64,000 nt of DNA. Origin: an uncultured Planctomycetota bacterium. GTDB lineage: Bacteria; Planctomycetota; UBA11346. Shown here piece after piece: positions 26,894 through 36,210 of this stretch (positions are counted from its first letter, which is position 1; every line of letters begins with the position of its first letter). Both the position numbers and the translations under genes were made by a program. The notes under the pieces were generated by a model. It had not been told where the DNA came from and made no database searches. It saw only the letters and a list, made by a program, of their open reading frames with translations. Where the stretch lies: assembly GCA_903902515.1 (NCBI GenBank), contig CAIUVD010000069.1:11475-75474 (forward strand). Direction: 5' to 3'.

Positions 26894-28756
26894 ATGGCAG
26901 GCTTCCTCGGCGATGATCAGGTGCGGCGCGTCAAGGACGCCATCGACATCGTGCAGTTGATGGGCGAGTACGCGGCCCTGCGCAAATCCGGCAAAACCTT
27001 CGCCTGCTGCTGCCCGTTCCATCAGGAGCGGTCCCCCAGTTGCTACGTCTACCCGGATACCCAGTCCTACTACTGCTTCGGCTGCCAGGCCCACGGTGAC
27101 GCCATCAGCCTGATCCGGGCCAAGGAGAACGTCAGTTTTACGGACGCCCTGGAGTTGCTGGCCCGCCGGGCCGGCATCACCCTGGTCTACGAGAACAGCC
27201 GGGGCAACGACCGGGGCGAGCGCGATACGTTGATCGCCGCCTGCAACTTCGCGACCCAGTTCTACGAGAAATGCCTGTGGGAGGACGACGGTGCCGCTGC
27301 CGCCCGGGCCTACCTGCTGGAACGCCGCCAACTGGCCAAAACCACCTGTGAACGGTTCCGCCTCGGCTGGTCCCCGGGCCGAGGGGCCCTGGTGGATGCG
27401 GCCAAGCGCAAGGGCCTCGACCCCCAGATTCTGGCTCGCCTGGATCTCGCGGTCGAGCGGGATGGCCGCCTGGTGGACCGCTTCTATGAACGGGTGATGT
27501 TCCCGATTTGCGACCGTTTTGGGAATCCCCTGGCCTTCAGTGCGCGCCTGCTGCCGGAGGCGGAAAAAGCCGCCAAGGAAGCCGGTCGTGGCGTCGGCAA
27601 ATACGTCAACAACACCGACACGCCGCTTTACCACAAGGGCAGCACGGTGTTCAACCTCCACCGTGCCCGGACCGTCGCCCGGGATGCCGGTCGATTAATC
27701 GTCATGGAGGGCCCGACGGATGTCATGGCCGCCGACCAGGCGGGCATCGGCGAATGCGTGGCCGTCCTTGGCACCGCCCTGACCCCCGAGCATGCCAAGC
27801 AGCTCGGTGCCCTGGTCGGCGACAAGGGGCGCCTGTTGCTGCTCCTCGACGGCGACCGGGCTGGTCAGACCAATGCCCTCAAAGGCATCCGCACCTGCCT
27901 CGCGGTGGGCGTCCCCGTGCGGGTGGCGATCCTGCCGGATGAGCTCGATCCGTCGGAACTCCTGGCCGAGGGCCCCGGCGGCGTCGCCTCGCCTGAGGCC
28001 AAGGCGACCTTTGAAAAAGTCCTGGCCAGCGCCCGGGCCGACCTCGACCACCTCCTGCGGGCCACGGCCCCCCGGCCCTACGATCTGGCCCGGGACGATC
28101 TGGTGCGGGCGGTGGACGAAATCCTGGCGGTGGTTCGGCCCATGCCCGACGCCGAACAGCGGACCCTGGCCCTGGGCGAGGTCGCCGAGTGGTTCAACCT
28201 CCCCAAGGACCGCCTGGCCAAACGCTTGGCGGAGGGGGCCCCAACGGCCACCGCCGCCGCCTCGCCCGAAGCCGCCGCCCCGCCCATCGAACCTCCGACC
28301 ACCGCCGGCGAAGTGGTCCTCCATCTGCTCGTTGCCCACCCGTCCCTGCGGGCCGTAGCCGCCGACGACCTGGGCCTAGAGCCCAGCCATCTGCCGACTC
28401 CGTGGTCCGACCTCCTCGGTGCCCTCCTGACCCTGCCGGACGCCGACCCCGACGCCCTGTGCGCTGCGGAGGGCGTCGCCACCCACGAGGGCCTCCAGGC
28501 CGCCGTCCGCCGCTGGGCCGCGACGCCCATCGACGCCCGCCTACGGGGCAACACCGCCCCCCGGCCCGAAGGCGACGACCTCCGCCCGGAACTGGAAAGC
28601 CGCATCCGCCAACTGCGCCGGGCGGCCATCGAGCACGACATCCACCGCCTGGGTGCCGAGATCAAGGACGCCGAACGGGCTCGGGATTTTGCGCGCATCA
28701 AGGCGCTGATGGTCGAACGTTCAGAGTACCAGCGGCAGGCGCGGGATTTGGCGTGA
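26894..28756 (+). CDS. dnaG: DNA primase
   Basis: CHC2 zinc finger (CCCPFHQERSPSCYV...CFGCQAHGD). TOPRIM domain (VMEGPTDVMA...LLLDGDRAGQ). Confidence 0.95.
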   Translation: MAGFLGDDQVRRVKDAIDIVQLMGEYAALRKSGKTFACCCPFHQERSPSCYVYPDTQSYYCFGCQAHGDAISLIRAKENVSFTDALELLARRAGITLVYENSRGNDRGERDTLIAACNFATQFYEKCLWEDDGAAAARAYLLERRQLAKTTCERFRLGWSPGRGALVDAAKRKGLDPQILARLDLAVERDGRLVDRFYERVMFPICDRFGNPLAFSARLLPEAEKAAKEAGRGVGKYVNNTDTPLYHKGSTVFNLHRARTVARDAGRLIVMEGPTDVMAADQAGIGECVAVLGTALTPEHAKQLGALVGDKGRLLLLLDGDRAGQTNALKGIRTCLAVGVPVRVAILPDELDPSELLAEGPGGVASPEAKATFEKVLASARADLDHLLRATAPRPYDLARDDLVRAVDEILAVVRPMPDAEQRTLALGEVAEWFNLPKDRLAKRLAEGAPTATAAASPEAAAPPIEPPTTAGEVVLHLLVAHPSLRAVAADDLGLEPSHLPTPWSDLLGALLTLPDADPDALCAAEGVATHEGLQAAVRRWAATPIDARLRGNTAPRPEGDDLRPELESRIRQLRRAAIEHDIHRLGAEIKDAERARDFARIKALMVERSEYQRQARDLA

Positions 28757-28855
28757 GGGGCTTTCGACCTTATTGAAGTCCGGGGTCCGTGGTCAAAGAC
28801 AGGATCACTGCGGTGTTTCCAACGCCGGGGCTATTCCCACGCCGGGGGCCTCGCG

Positions 28856-28955
28856 GGACCCCGGACCCCGGACCCCGGACCCCGGACCTGAAGTGACCCC
28901 GGACCCCGGACCCCGGACCCCGGACCTGAAGTGACCCCGGACCCCGGACCCTGAC
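28856..28955. repeat. Higher-order minisatellite: [(CCCCGGA)x4-CC-TGAAGTGA]x2 + truncated third copy; G-rich (G4-competent) on the minus strand
   Basis: Two identical 38-bp super-units plus CCCCGGACCCCGGACCCTGAC. Ends 1 nt before the ATPase stop codon at 28956-28958. Confidence 0.9.
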
Positions 28956-30140
28956 TCACCGATCCGAACTCGGCATCACCCGCCGCATGAACTGATCGAA
29001 CAACGGCACGGTGAACGCCAGGTCGCCGTGGGCCGGGCTGTAAATCATGCCCTTGGCGATCAGCTTGGCCCGCACGGGACCGACGCTGTTGACCTTCACC
29101 CCCATACGATCGGCGATGACCCCCACCCGCTGAGGTTCCGGCCCCAAGTCAGCCATGGCCCGCAGGAATCGTTTTTCGCTGGGGGTCAGGCGATCAAAGC
29201 GGACGCGGAAGAAGTTCTGGTCGAGGCGCTGTACGGCCACCGGAGTGGCCGCACGGACGACCTCGACCGTGATGTTCGGGGTCGGCGCACTGTTCCAGGC
29301 CTGGTACCCCCATTCCTGGACAAAATAGGGGTAGCCGGTGGTGAAGCGGAAGATCTCCGCCAGGGCTTCGGTGGTGAACGCGGCGTTGGCCGCCCGGGCG
29401 GGATCCTGAAGGGCCCGGGCGGAGTCGGACTGGGACAGGGCCCCGATGTCCGGGAAGGCGAACAGCCGTTCGGCGTAGGATTTCGATTCGCCGGCCAGGC
29501 CCGGCAGGATCGGCAAACCGGCCCCGATCAGCACCAGCGGAAGTTGCCGCTGCTGCATCTTGTGCATGGCCATGATGAGGGCGCCGAGCTCCTTGGCGGT
29601 GAAATACTGGACCTCGTCGATCAGCAGGGCGACGGCGACGCCCCGATCCTGGGCGGCCTCGGCCACCGCCACGAACAGGTGGGGGAGGTCGATTTCGATG
29701 TCGCCACTGTCGGCGGACCCGGTTTCAGGATCCACGTCAAGGGACAGGGACAGGTCCTGGAATTCGACCTTGATGGTGCCAATGAAACTCCGCAGGACCG
29801 ACAGGGCCCGGCGGACCCGATGCCCGGTCCCCGCGAGGCGACTGAGGTCGTAGAGCAGGGACCGGAGGTGGGGGGCCAGGAACGGTCCCAGGGGTTTGCC
29901 TTCGTGGGCTTCAATCAGGATGGCGCGGTAGTCAGCGGACTCTGCCAGACGATGGATCTCATTGAGCAGCACCGTCTTGCCGGTTCCCCGCAGGCCGGTC
30001 AGCAAGAGGCTTTTCTCGGCCTTTCCGGCCTTGATGCGGTGCAGCAGCACATGGGCCTGTTCCAGCACCGGCTGGCGACCGACGAGTTCGGGTGGCGGGG
30101 CGCCGGCACCGGGGGAAAACGGGTTAGCGATGGCATCCAT
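28956..30140 (-). CDS. Orphan AAA+ ATPase (Arch_ATPase/DUF234-like) with C-terminal winged-helix-like region
   Basis: Walker A LLTGLRGTGKTVLL. Walker B ALLIDEVQ. ~150-aa C-terminal domain with helix-rich DNA-binding character. Confidence 0.75.
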   Translation of the reverse strand: MDAIANPFSPGAGAPPPELVGRQPVLEQAHVLLHRIKAGKAEKSLLLTGLRGTGKTVLLNEIHRLAESADYRAILIEAHEGKPLGPFLAPHLRSLLYDLSRLAGTGHRVRRALSVLRSFIGTIKVEFQDLSLSLDVDPETGSADSGDIEIDLPHLFVAVAEAAQDRGVAVALLIDEVQYFTAKELGALIMAMHKMQQRQLPLVLIGAGLPILPGLAGESKSYAERLFAFPDIGALSQSDSARALQDPARAANAAFTTEALAEIFRFTTGYPYFVQEWGYQAWNSAPTPNITVEVVRAATPVAVQRLDQNFFRVRFDRLTPSEKRFLRAMADLGPEPQRVGVIADRMGVKVNSVGPVRAKLIAKGMIYSPAHGDLAFTVPLFDQFMRRVMPSSDR

Positions 30141-30145
30141 AGGGA

Positions 30146-30179
30146 TTGCTACCTGATACTACCTCATTTCAGGTAGCAA
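30146..30179. promoter_or_regulatory. Perfect 11-bp inverted repeat TTGCTACCTGA-N12-TCAGGTAGCAA
   Basis: Seen directly. Lies 6 nt upstream of the ATPase ATG (30140, minus) and ~70 nt upstream of the DUF309 gene (plus). Confidence 0.7.
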
Positions 30180-30247
30180 CGTGTAGCATTGGTTAGGAGT
30201 CCATCGGGCGGAGGGGGTCCGTGGCCTCTCCATCCCCATTCCTGAGC

Positions 30248-30661
30248 ATGCCCAGGGCGATGTCAGTACTCCCTCCCGAGGATCCCTTCCGCCCCGCCCG
30301 CGTCCTCCCGCGCGATGCCGGGTACCCGTCGTCAGACCTCCCACGCCTCCACCACGGGGCCCAATTGTTTGACGCCGGTCAGCCCTGGCATGCCCATGAG
30401 GTCTGGGAGGAGGCGTGGAAGGAGGACCGCAGCGCCCAGCGGGACGCCTGGAAGGGTCTGATCCAGGTGGCGGCGGCTGTCTATCACCTCCAACGGGGGA
30501 ATCCGGGGCCGGTTCCGGCCCTGCTGGTCCGGGCGAGGATCCACCTGGAGGGTCATGGCCACCACCTCAGCCCTGACCCCCAGGCGCTGATTCAGGCCTG
30601 TCGGCGGCTGGAAGCGACCGGCGAGGTTCCGGTCCTGGGGCCCCTGGTGCACCGGGTCTGA
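30248..30661 (+). CDS. DUF309 domain protein
   Basis: HEVWEEAWKE...GLIQVAAAVYHLQRGN matches the DUF309 core. Confidence 0.6.
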   Translation: MPRAMSVLPPEDPFRPARVLPRDAGYPSSDLPRLHHGAQLFDAGQPWHAHEVWEEAWKEDRSAQRDAWKGLIQVAAAVYHLQRGNPGPVPALLVRARIHLEGHGHHLSPDPQALIQACRRLEATGEVPVLGPLVHRV

Positions 30662-30695
30662 CGGGGAAGCCCATTGTCCGCCGCCCCAGCGGCCG

Positions 30696-31055
30696 ATGGT
30701 CGCGGATGTGATCAACAACATCATTTGCCAGGAAGTCTCCGAAAAGCCCCTCGACGGCCTCTTCGAGATGAACATCTACAACGATGACGGCTTCCACGAC
30801 CACCCGCCCTACCGGGCGATCCTGACCTGGCTGGCGGACCACCTCAACGCCATCGGCCATCCCACCGTCCTGACGTTGCCCAAGGTCAAAGAGGACGAGG
30901 ACGAGGTCGATGCTTCCATCACCGTCGATAAAATGACCTTCCCGGTCTATTTCGAAAATTCCCTGGGCTACATCGCCTGGTACTCGTCCCAGCGTGGCAA
31001 CCTGTTGAAAATCGCCCGGCTGATCCACAACGTTCGGCCGCAGATTCCGACCTAG
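30696..31055 (+). CDS. Hypothetical protein
   Basis: 119-aa ORF with good GC3 codon bias. No recognisable motif. Confidence 0.45.
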   Translation: MVADVINNIICQEVSEKPLDGLFEMNIYNDDGFHDHPPYRAILTWLADHLNAIGHPTVLTLPKVKEDEDEVDASITVDKMTFPVYFENSLGYIAWYSSQRGNLLKIARLIHNVRPQIPT

Positions 31056-31186
31056 GGACCCGGCGGGATGCGCGCCCTACGGCAGGATGGTGGGGCATCG
31101 CCGGGGTCGCCTCACGGAACCAGAGGGGGTCGTGCTTGCGGAATTGTGACCTCGTGATCCCGATGTCCTGCGCTCCAATCGCCGGC

Positions 31187-32713
31187 ATGGATACTTTACC
31201 GAGCATGACCGTCCCGTTACTCCCCGGCGAGCGTTGGTGGGGAGGGTGCGTCGACGATGGGTACCAGATGCCATTTGCCTCGGGGTTCCAGCGGGATTTG
31301 CGTTCCCAACAGAATAACCAGGTGATGCCCCTGCTGGTGTCGAGCCATGGCCGTCACCTCTGGAGCGAGACCATCTTCGCGGTCGCCGTCGATGACCAGG
31401 CCCTGACCATCACCGGCGGCGCCCCCGTGCTGGCGGAGCCGGGGGGTGGTCTGCGGGGCGCCGTCCTCGGGGCCGCCCAGGCCTATTTCCCGCCGTCGGG
31501 CATGGTGCCCCATCCCCTGCTGTTCACCCATCCCCAGTACAACACCTGGATTGAGCTGCAGTACGAACAGTCCCAGGAGGGTGTTCTGGCCTATGCCGAA
31601 CGGATCATCGCGGAGGGCTATCCCCCCGGTGTTTTGATGATCGACGACACCTGGCAGCGGGACTACGGCGATTGGCGCTTCGACCACGCGCGCTTCCCGG
31701 ATCCCAAGGCCATGGTGGATCGCCTCCATGCCCTCGGCTTCCTGGTCATGCTGTGGGTCAGCCCCCAGATTTCCCCGAATGGCCGCCTGTACCTTGACCT
31801 GCGGGACCAGGGATTGTTGGTTCGTGACGCGACCGGCGAGCCGGCCATCCGTGCCTGGTGGAACGGCCACAGCGCGATCCTCGACATGACCAATCCGGCC
31901 GCCATCGCCTGGCTGGAGGGGCGTCTGCGGGCCCTGGAAACCGCCACGGGCGTGGAGGGCTGGAAGTTCGATGCCGGGGATTTCAGCCATTACCGTGACG
32001 ATGATCGCATCCATGTGCCGGGACCGGCCGCCAGCCAGACCCAGGCCTGGGCTGCCTTCGCGGAACGCTGGCCCCTCAATGAATTGCGGGCCTGCTGGAA
32101 GATGGGCAACCGTCCCCTGGTCCAGCGTCTGTGCGACAAGTTGCATGTGTGGGAGCCCCTGGGCGGGATCGCCGGATGCGTCCCCAACGTCCTCGCCCTT
32201 GGCCTGCTGGGTCACCCGTTCTCGTGCCCGGATCTCATTGGCGGTGGTGAATACCGCAGTTTCAACGAGCACCGCGATCAATTGGACCAGGAGCTGTTCG
32301 TCCGTCATGCCCAGTTGAGCGCCTTGTTGCCGATGCAGCAATTCAGCGCCGCGCCGTGGCGCTTCCTCGATGCGGCCCACGCCGACCTCTGCCGTCAGGC
32401 GGCCGTGCTGCACACCGCCTTCGGTGAACGGATCGCGGCCCTGGCCAAGGACGCGGCCCGGACGGGCATCCCCATCGTCCGTCCCCTAGCCTGGGTCTGG
32501 GCAGACCCCCGCGCCCTGGCCGTGAACGATCAGTTCCTCCTGGGGGATGACGTGCTGGTGGCGCCGGTGGTGACCAAGGGCGCACGCGCCCGCAAGGTCC
32601 TGGTGCCACCGGGCCGGTGGCGGGAAGCCCGGGGCCAGGAGGTGGACGGACCTGTCGAGGTGGTGGTGGACGCTCCCCTGGACCACCTGCCCCGCTTCAC
32701 CCGGGTCGGGTGA
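31187..32713 (+). CDS. Glycoside hydrolase family 31 (YicI-like alpha-xylosidase/alpha-glucosidase)
   Basis: GVLMIDDTWQ (substrate-binding hIDD.W block) and GWKFDAGD (VKTDFGE-like acid/base block), with the GH31 size and layout. Start is uncertain (MDTLPSM at ~31187 or MTVPLL). Confidence 0.7.
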   Translation: MDTLPSMTVPLLPGERWWGGCVDDGYQMPFASGFQRDLRSQQNNQVMPLLVSSHGRHLWSETIFAVAVDDQALTITGGAPVLAEPGGGLRGAVLGAAQAYFPPSGMVPHPLLFTHPQYNTWIELQYEQSQEGVLAYAERIIAEGYPPGVLMIDDTWQRDYGDWRFDHARFPDPKAMVDRLHALGFLVMLWVSPQISPNGRLYLDLRDQGLLVRDATGEPAIRAWWNGHSAILDMTNPAAIAWLEGRLRALETATGVEGWKFDAGDFSHYRDDDRIHVPGPAASQTQAWAAFAERWPLNELRACWKMGNRPLVQRLCDKLHVWEPLGGIAGCVPNVLALGLLGHPFSCPDLIGGGEYRSFNEHRDQLDQELFVRHAQLSALLPMQQFSAAPWRFLDAAHADLCRQAAVLHTAFGERIAALAKDAARTGIPIVRPLAWVWADPRALAVNDQFLLGDDVLVAPVVTKGARARKVLVPPGRWREARGQEVDGPVEVVVDAPLDHLPRFTRVG

Positions 32714-33544
32714 TCAGGCCCGACGGACGGTGCCCGGGGTATGGCCATACCGCGCGGTGAACGCGCGCAGGAACTGGGAGACCGAACGGTAGCCGACATG
32801 GGTCGCCACCTCCTGAACCAGGGCATTGGGGGCCATCAGCAGCTGCCGGGCTAACTCCAGGCGCCGTTGCCGCAGCCAGGTCGCCGGTGGGATTCCGAGG
32901 GCCTCGCGGAAGGACCGGCTGAGCTGCTCGCGGCTGACGCCCAGATCGCCGGCCACCTCTTCCAGGGTGCTGCTGGTGGTTAGCCGTTTCTCGAAGAGGG
33001 CAATTGCCCGGCGGGCCAAACGGTCCTCCTTGGCGGTGCGGGCGTGGGCGACCGAGGCCAGGATGGTGCTGGCCGCCCGGGCCGAGGCACTGACGTCCCA
33101 CACCACATGGTGATCCCCCGGCCGGTCGGCCAGGTTGGTCAGGATTTCCTCCAAGTCGGTCCCGGCGGGTTCATAGACATGACCGTGACGCTGGATCAGG
33201 TGACCGAGGGCATCCAAGGCCAGATCCCCGGCGATTTCCGCGTAGGCGCAGTGCCACGGAGGGTCGCCCTCCTGGAGGCCATACTCCAGGGAATCCAGCC
33301 CGGTGCGCATGATCATCACCTTGCCCGGCGTGACGAGGTGCTCGGTACCATCGACCATCACCCGGCCCGTCCCCCGCAGGCCGATCTTCACGACCGCCAG
33401 CCGTTCGGTCCGCAGGCGGGGCACGCACCAGTAGGCCCCGGTACGCCCAACCCCGACCGAAGCCTGGCACAGCCGAGGCCAGCCCGGCAGGGGATCCAGG
33501 GTGTCTATCATGAGACTATTGATCTCGTTATGATCGGTGACCAT
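32714..33544 (-). CDS. AraC-family transcriptional regulator (cupin sensor + HTH_AraC)
   Basis: C-terminal AraC HTH (LEEVAGDLGVSREQLSRSFREALGIPPATWLRQRRLELARQLL...VGYRSVSQFLRAFTARYGHTPG). Confidence 0.85.
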   Translation of the reverse strand: MVTDHNEINSLMIDTLDPLPGWPRLCQASVGVGRTGAYWCVPRLRTERLAVVKIGLRGTGRVMVDGTEHLVTPGKVMIMRTGLDSLEYGLQEGDPPWHCAYAEIAGDLALDALGHLIQRHGHVYEPAGTDLEEILTNLADRPGDHHVVWDVSASARAASTILASVAHARTAKEDRLARRAIALFEKRLTTSSTLEEVAGDLGVSREQLSRSFREALGIPPATWLRQRRLELARQLLMAPNALVQEVATHVGYRSVSQFLRAFTARYGHTPGTVRRA

Positions 33545-33630
33545 AACGGGCGATACTTGCGATGGGGGCGAGCGGAGAACAGGCTCCCGAGCTCTTTTGG
33601 CGGCGGTGCATCATCCATGCGCGCGGGCAC

Positions 33631-33646
33631 TTGCGGATCTGCGACC
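33631..33646 (+). promoter_or_regulatory. Conserved motif TTGCGGATCTGCGACC (instance 1 of 7)
   Basis: One of seven copies of consensus TTGCGGATCTGTGAYC. Lies between the AraC gene and the CBM-like gene. Confidence 0.6.
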
Positions 33647-33959
33647 TGACCGGTGTGGGTGGACGCGTGACCTGGATCGAAAACTTCCTCCGGGCGCACC
33701 AACGCCGGGGCGCATGCATCGGGTCACCTTGCCCATGGCGGTGGACGCCGACGGGAAGCCGGAGGACACCGTGGAACTGACCGCAGCCGATCGCTTCAAC
33801 GGCAAGGGTGGTCCGATCCGCAGAAGCGAGGCGGGATCCGCGGGAGGCAGCACCGTTCTTCGCGTGGGTGATGTGGCCAAGCCCTGGCAGGGATTTTGAG
33901 GTGCCCCGTTGCTGAAATGTGATGTGCCCAGGGCGGTAGAGTGGTGTCATCATGATGGT

Positions 33960-34466
33960 ATGCGCACTCTCCTCGCCTCGATCGCTTCCCTCACCCTGAT
34001 CGCTGCCCTGCCGGCCGCCGATGGTCTCCTACCGGACGCCACCACGGTGTTGGCCACGGGTACCGTCGCGAACTGCCAGGTCAGCCTGGTGGATGTCGAA
34101 GGGCGCCAGGGCAAAGTCCTCCGATTCCAGGTCGCGGAGGTGCCGAAGGAAGGCTGGATGTCCCATGCCTACGCCTATGGCATCGAGATCCCGGTAAAGA
34201 CCGGTGAAACCGTGGAGATCACCGGTTGGTCACGCCTGGTCGATGGCCCCGAGGGCGCGATCAAGGTGGATTTGAGCGGGTCTGAACGGCCCTATGACGT
34301 GGCGGTGACGGGGTGGATCACCCCGGTGGCGGAATGGCGCCGGTTCACCATCAAGGGCGTGGCCAGCAAGGACCTGTCTCAAGTTCGCTTCGGTCTCTGC
34401 GTAGGATATCGGAAGCAGACGGTGGAGGTCGCCGAGATCGCCATTCGCAAGGTGGGATCGCCTTGA
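33960..34466 (+). CDS. Secreted carbohydrate-binding-module-like protein (CBM4/9/22-like beta-sandwich)
   Basis: Signal peptide MRTLLASIASLTLIAALPAADG. ~150-aa beta-rich domain with the ...EGWMSHAYAYGIEIPVKTGETVEITGW... pattern typical of CBM_4_9. Confidence 0.5.
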   Translation: MRTLLASIASLTLIAALPAADGLLPDATTVLATGTVANCQVSLVDVEGRQGKVLRFQVAEVPKEGWMSHAYAYGIEIPVKTGETVEITGWSRLVDGPEGAIKVDLSGSERPYDVAVTGWITPVAEWRRFTIKGVASKDLSQVRFGLCVGYRKQTVEVAEIAIRKVGSP

Positions 34467-34523
34467 TCCCCTTGCGCGAGTCACGCTTGATGAGGTAGAC
34501 TCGAACTCTGGTGGGGAGGCGCC

Positions 34524-35261
34524 ATGGACCGCTATGAAAACCCTAAGATCCGCGGGTTCACCCTGATCGAGCTGCTGGTGGTCATCTCGATCATCGCGGT
34601 CCTGGCGGGCATGCTGCTTCCCGCAGTGGGCATGGTCAGGAATTCGGCCAATGCCTCCCGCTGCCTCAACAGTCAGAAGCAGGTGGCCTTGGGTTGCCTG
34701 GGCTATGCCAATGACCAGGAGGGAGTGCTTCCAGCCCTGCGGATGCCCACCACACCGATCGTGACCTTCTGGACCCAGTTGGTGCTTCGGGACTACCTGG
34801 ATGCCGGGATGATCGATGCCAACCGGACCAACTTCGACCGTACCAGCCTCCAGGGCTGTTCCGAATGGAATCGTGCCACGTCTTCCTCCGCGAACCGGGC
34901 CTGGCAGGGTGCCTACGGCTTCAACTCTTCGCCCCTGAGTGAAAACGGGGTCATCAACCTGGCCAACAACGACTACGGACGCAGTGATTTGGCCAATGCC
35001 AAAGCCATCGCCCTGAGCCAAATCACCAAGCAGTCTTCCCGAGTGATGCTGGGCGATGTGCTCAACACCGATGGCACCTCAACCTACCGGATCAATGCCG
35101 TCATCGGTACGGTGACCGAGGCCAGCAACGCGGTGAACGCCACCAGCACCCTGCTCAAGAGTTGGCACACGGAGGGGCGCCAGGTCACCATCACCATGTT
35201 CGATGGTCATGGCGAGAAACGGTCGATCACCCTCGCCGCCGCCGCCATCGTCAATCCCTAG
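34524..35261 (+). CDS. Prepilin-type N-terminal cleavage/methylation domain protein (DUF1559 family)
   Basis: GFTLIELLVVISIIAVLAGMLLPAV class-III signal. C-terminal WHTEGRQVTITMFDGHGEKRS (H-X9-DG-like) typical of DUF1559. Confidence 0.85.
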   Translation: MDRYENPKIRGFTLIELLVVISIIAVLAGMLLPAVGMVRNSANASRCLNSQKQVALGCLGYANDQEGVLPALRMPTTPIVTFWTQLVLRDYLDAGMIDANRTNFDRTSLQGCSEWNRATSSSANRAWQGAYGFNSSPLSENGVINLANNDYGRSDLANAKAIALSQITKQSSRVMLGDVLNTDGTSTYRINAVIGTVTEASNAVNATSTLLKSWHTEGRQVTITMFDGHGEKRSITLAAAAIVNP

Positions 35262-35362
35262 CGCAGGTCCCATGGGTGCCGCGTTCCGGCAGGGTTTGGT
35301 TCCCCACCGGATCGGTTCCTGCACGTAGCGGCAGTTGCCGACATGTCCGCCGGGGCGGGGAC

Positions 35363-35378
35363 TTGCGGATCTGTGATC
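35363..35378 (+). promoter_or_regulatory. Conserved motif TTGCGGATCTGTGATC (instance 2)
   Basis: 92 nt upstream of the second DUF1559 gene. Confidence 0.6.
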
Positions 35379-35469
35379 TGCTGGGGGAACGGGCCAGGTC
35401 CTAGGGTTACCGGTAGCGCCCTCCAGAGGGGCCACGGTTCTCCCATCCCTGTCCTGGAATTGTTCCGCC

Positions 35470-36204
35470 ATGTACTCCGTCAATCCGTCCAAGGGTTTCA
35501 CCCTCATCGAACTGCTGGTGGTCATCTCAATCATCGCCGTGCTGGCGGGATTGCTGATCCCAGCGGTGAATCTGGTGCGGGAGAGCGCCAACGGCATCCG
35601 GTGCATGAGCAGTCAACGCCAGGTGGCGATGGCGATTGTTGGGTATGCCAATGACCAGGACGGGGAACTGCCCGCCTTGTACCTGACCGATACGCCCATC
35701 GCGACCTTTTGGTCCCATCTGATCCTGCAGGATTACCTGGAAGCCGGAAAATCGAATGCCGTGCACACCAATTTTGCCCGCACGCCCATGCAGGGCTGTC
35801 CATCGTGGATGCGGGCGACCCGTCAGGTCCCGTTTCAGGAACGGGCGGGGGCCTATGGCATGAATTCCAACCCCATGTCAGACAACGGTGTCATCAATCC
35901 GATCCACAGCGATTACAAGGTGGGCGGACCCAATGCCCGTCGGATCACCCTCAGTCAGATCACGAAAGCCTCTTCCCGCCTGCTCATCGCCGATGCGATC
36001 AATGCGGATAATACCCCGACCCATCGGCTGAATCCGGTCACGGGGACGGTCACGGAGGCCAGCAATGCGGCCTTGGGGCAGAACTTCGAAACCAAACTCA
36101 GGAGCTGGCATGCGACGGGGCGTCTCATCGCCGTGACCATGTTTGACGGTCACAGCGAGAAACGGAGCATGACGGCGGCTGCGGCCGCCATGACCAACCC
36201 CTGA
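35470..36204 (+). CDS. Prepilin-type N-terminal cleavage/methylation domain protein (DUF1559 family), paralog
   Basis: KGFTLIELLVVISIIAVLAGLLIPAV. C-terminal SWHATGRLIAVTMFDGHSEKRS. Confidence 0.85.
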   Translation: MYSVNPSKGFTLIELLVVISIIAVLAGLLIPAVNLVRESANGIRCMSSQRQVAMAIVGYANDQDGELPALYLTDTPIATFWSHLILQDYLEAGKSNAVHTNFARTPMQGCPSWMRATRQVPFQERAGAYGMNSNPMSDNGVINPIHSDYKVGGPNARRITLSQITKASSRLLIADAINADNTPTHRLNPVTGTVTEASNAALGQNFETKLRSWHATGRLIAVTMFDGHSEKRSMTAAAAAMTNP

Positions 36205-36210
36205 GCGAGG

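Noticed and set aside
28856-28955. Possible CRISPR array (two identical ~30-bp repeats with intervening sequence)
   Set aside because: The 'spacers' are only 8 bp and identical (TGAAGTGA). The repeats are simple heptamer minisatellites. No cas genes nearby. The same unit occurs as plain tandem arrays elsewhere.
33537-33899. 120-aa ORF in the AraC/CBM intergenic region
   Set aside because: Arg/Gly-rich. It overlaps the conserved upstream motif and promoter region. No coding signature.
35363-35378. Interpreting the TTGCGGATCTGTGATC motif as a CRP/FNR dimer site
   Set aside because: Only one TGTGA half-site is present. No TCACA partner at the expected 6-bp spacing in any of the seven copies.
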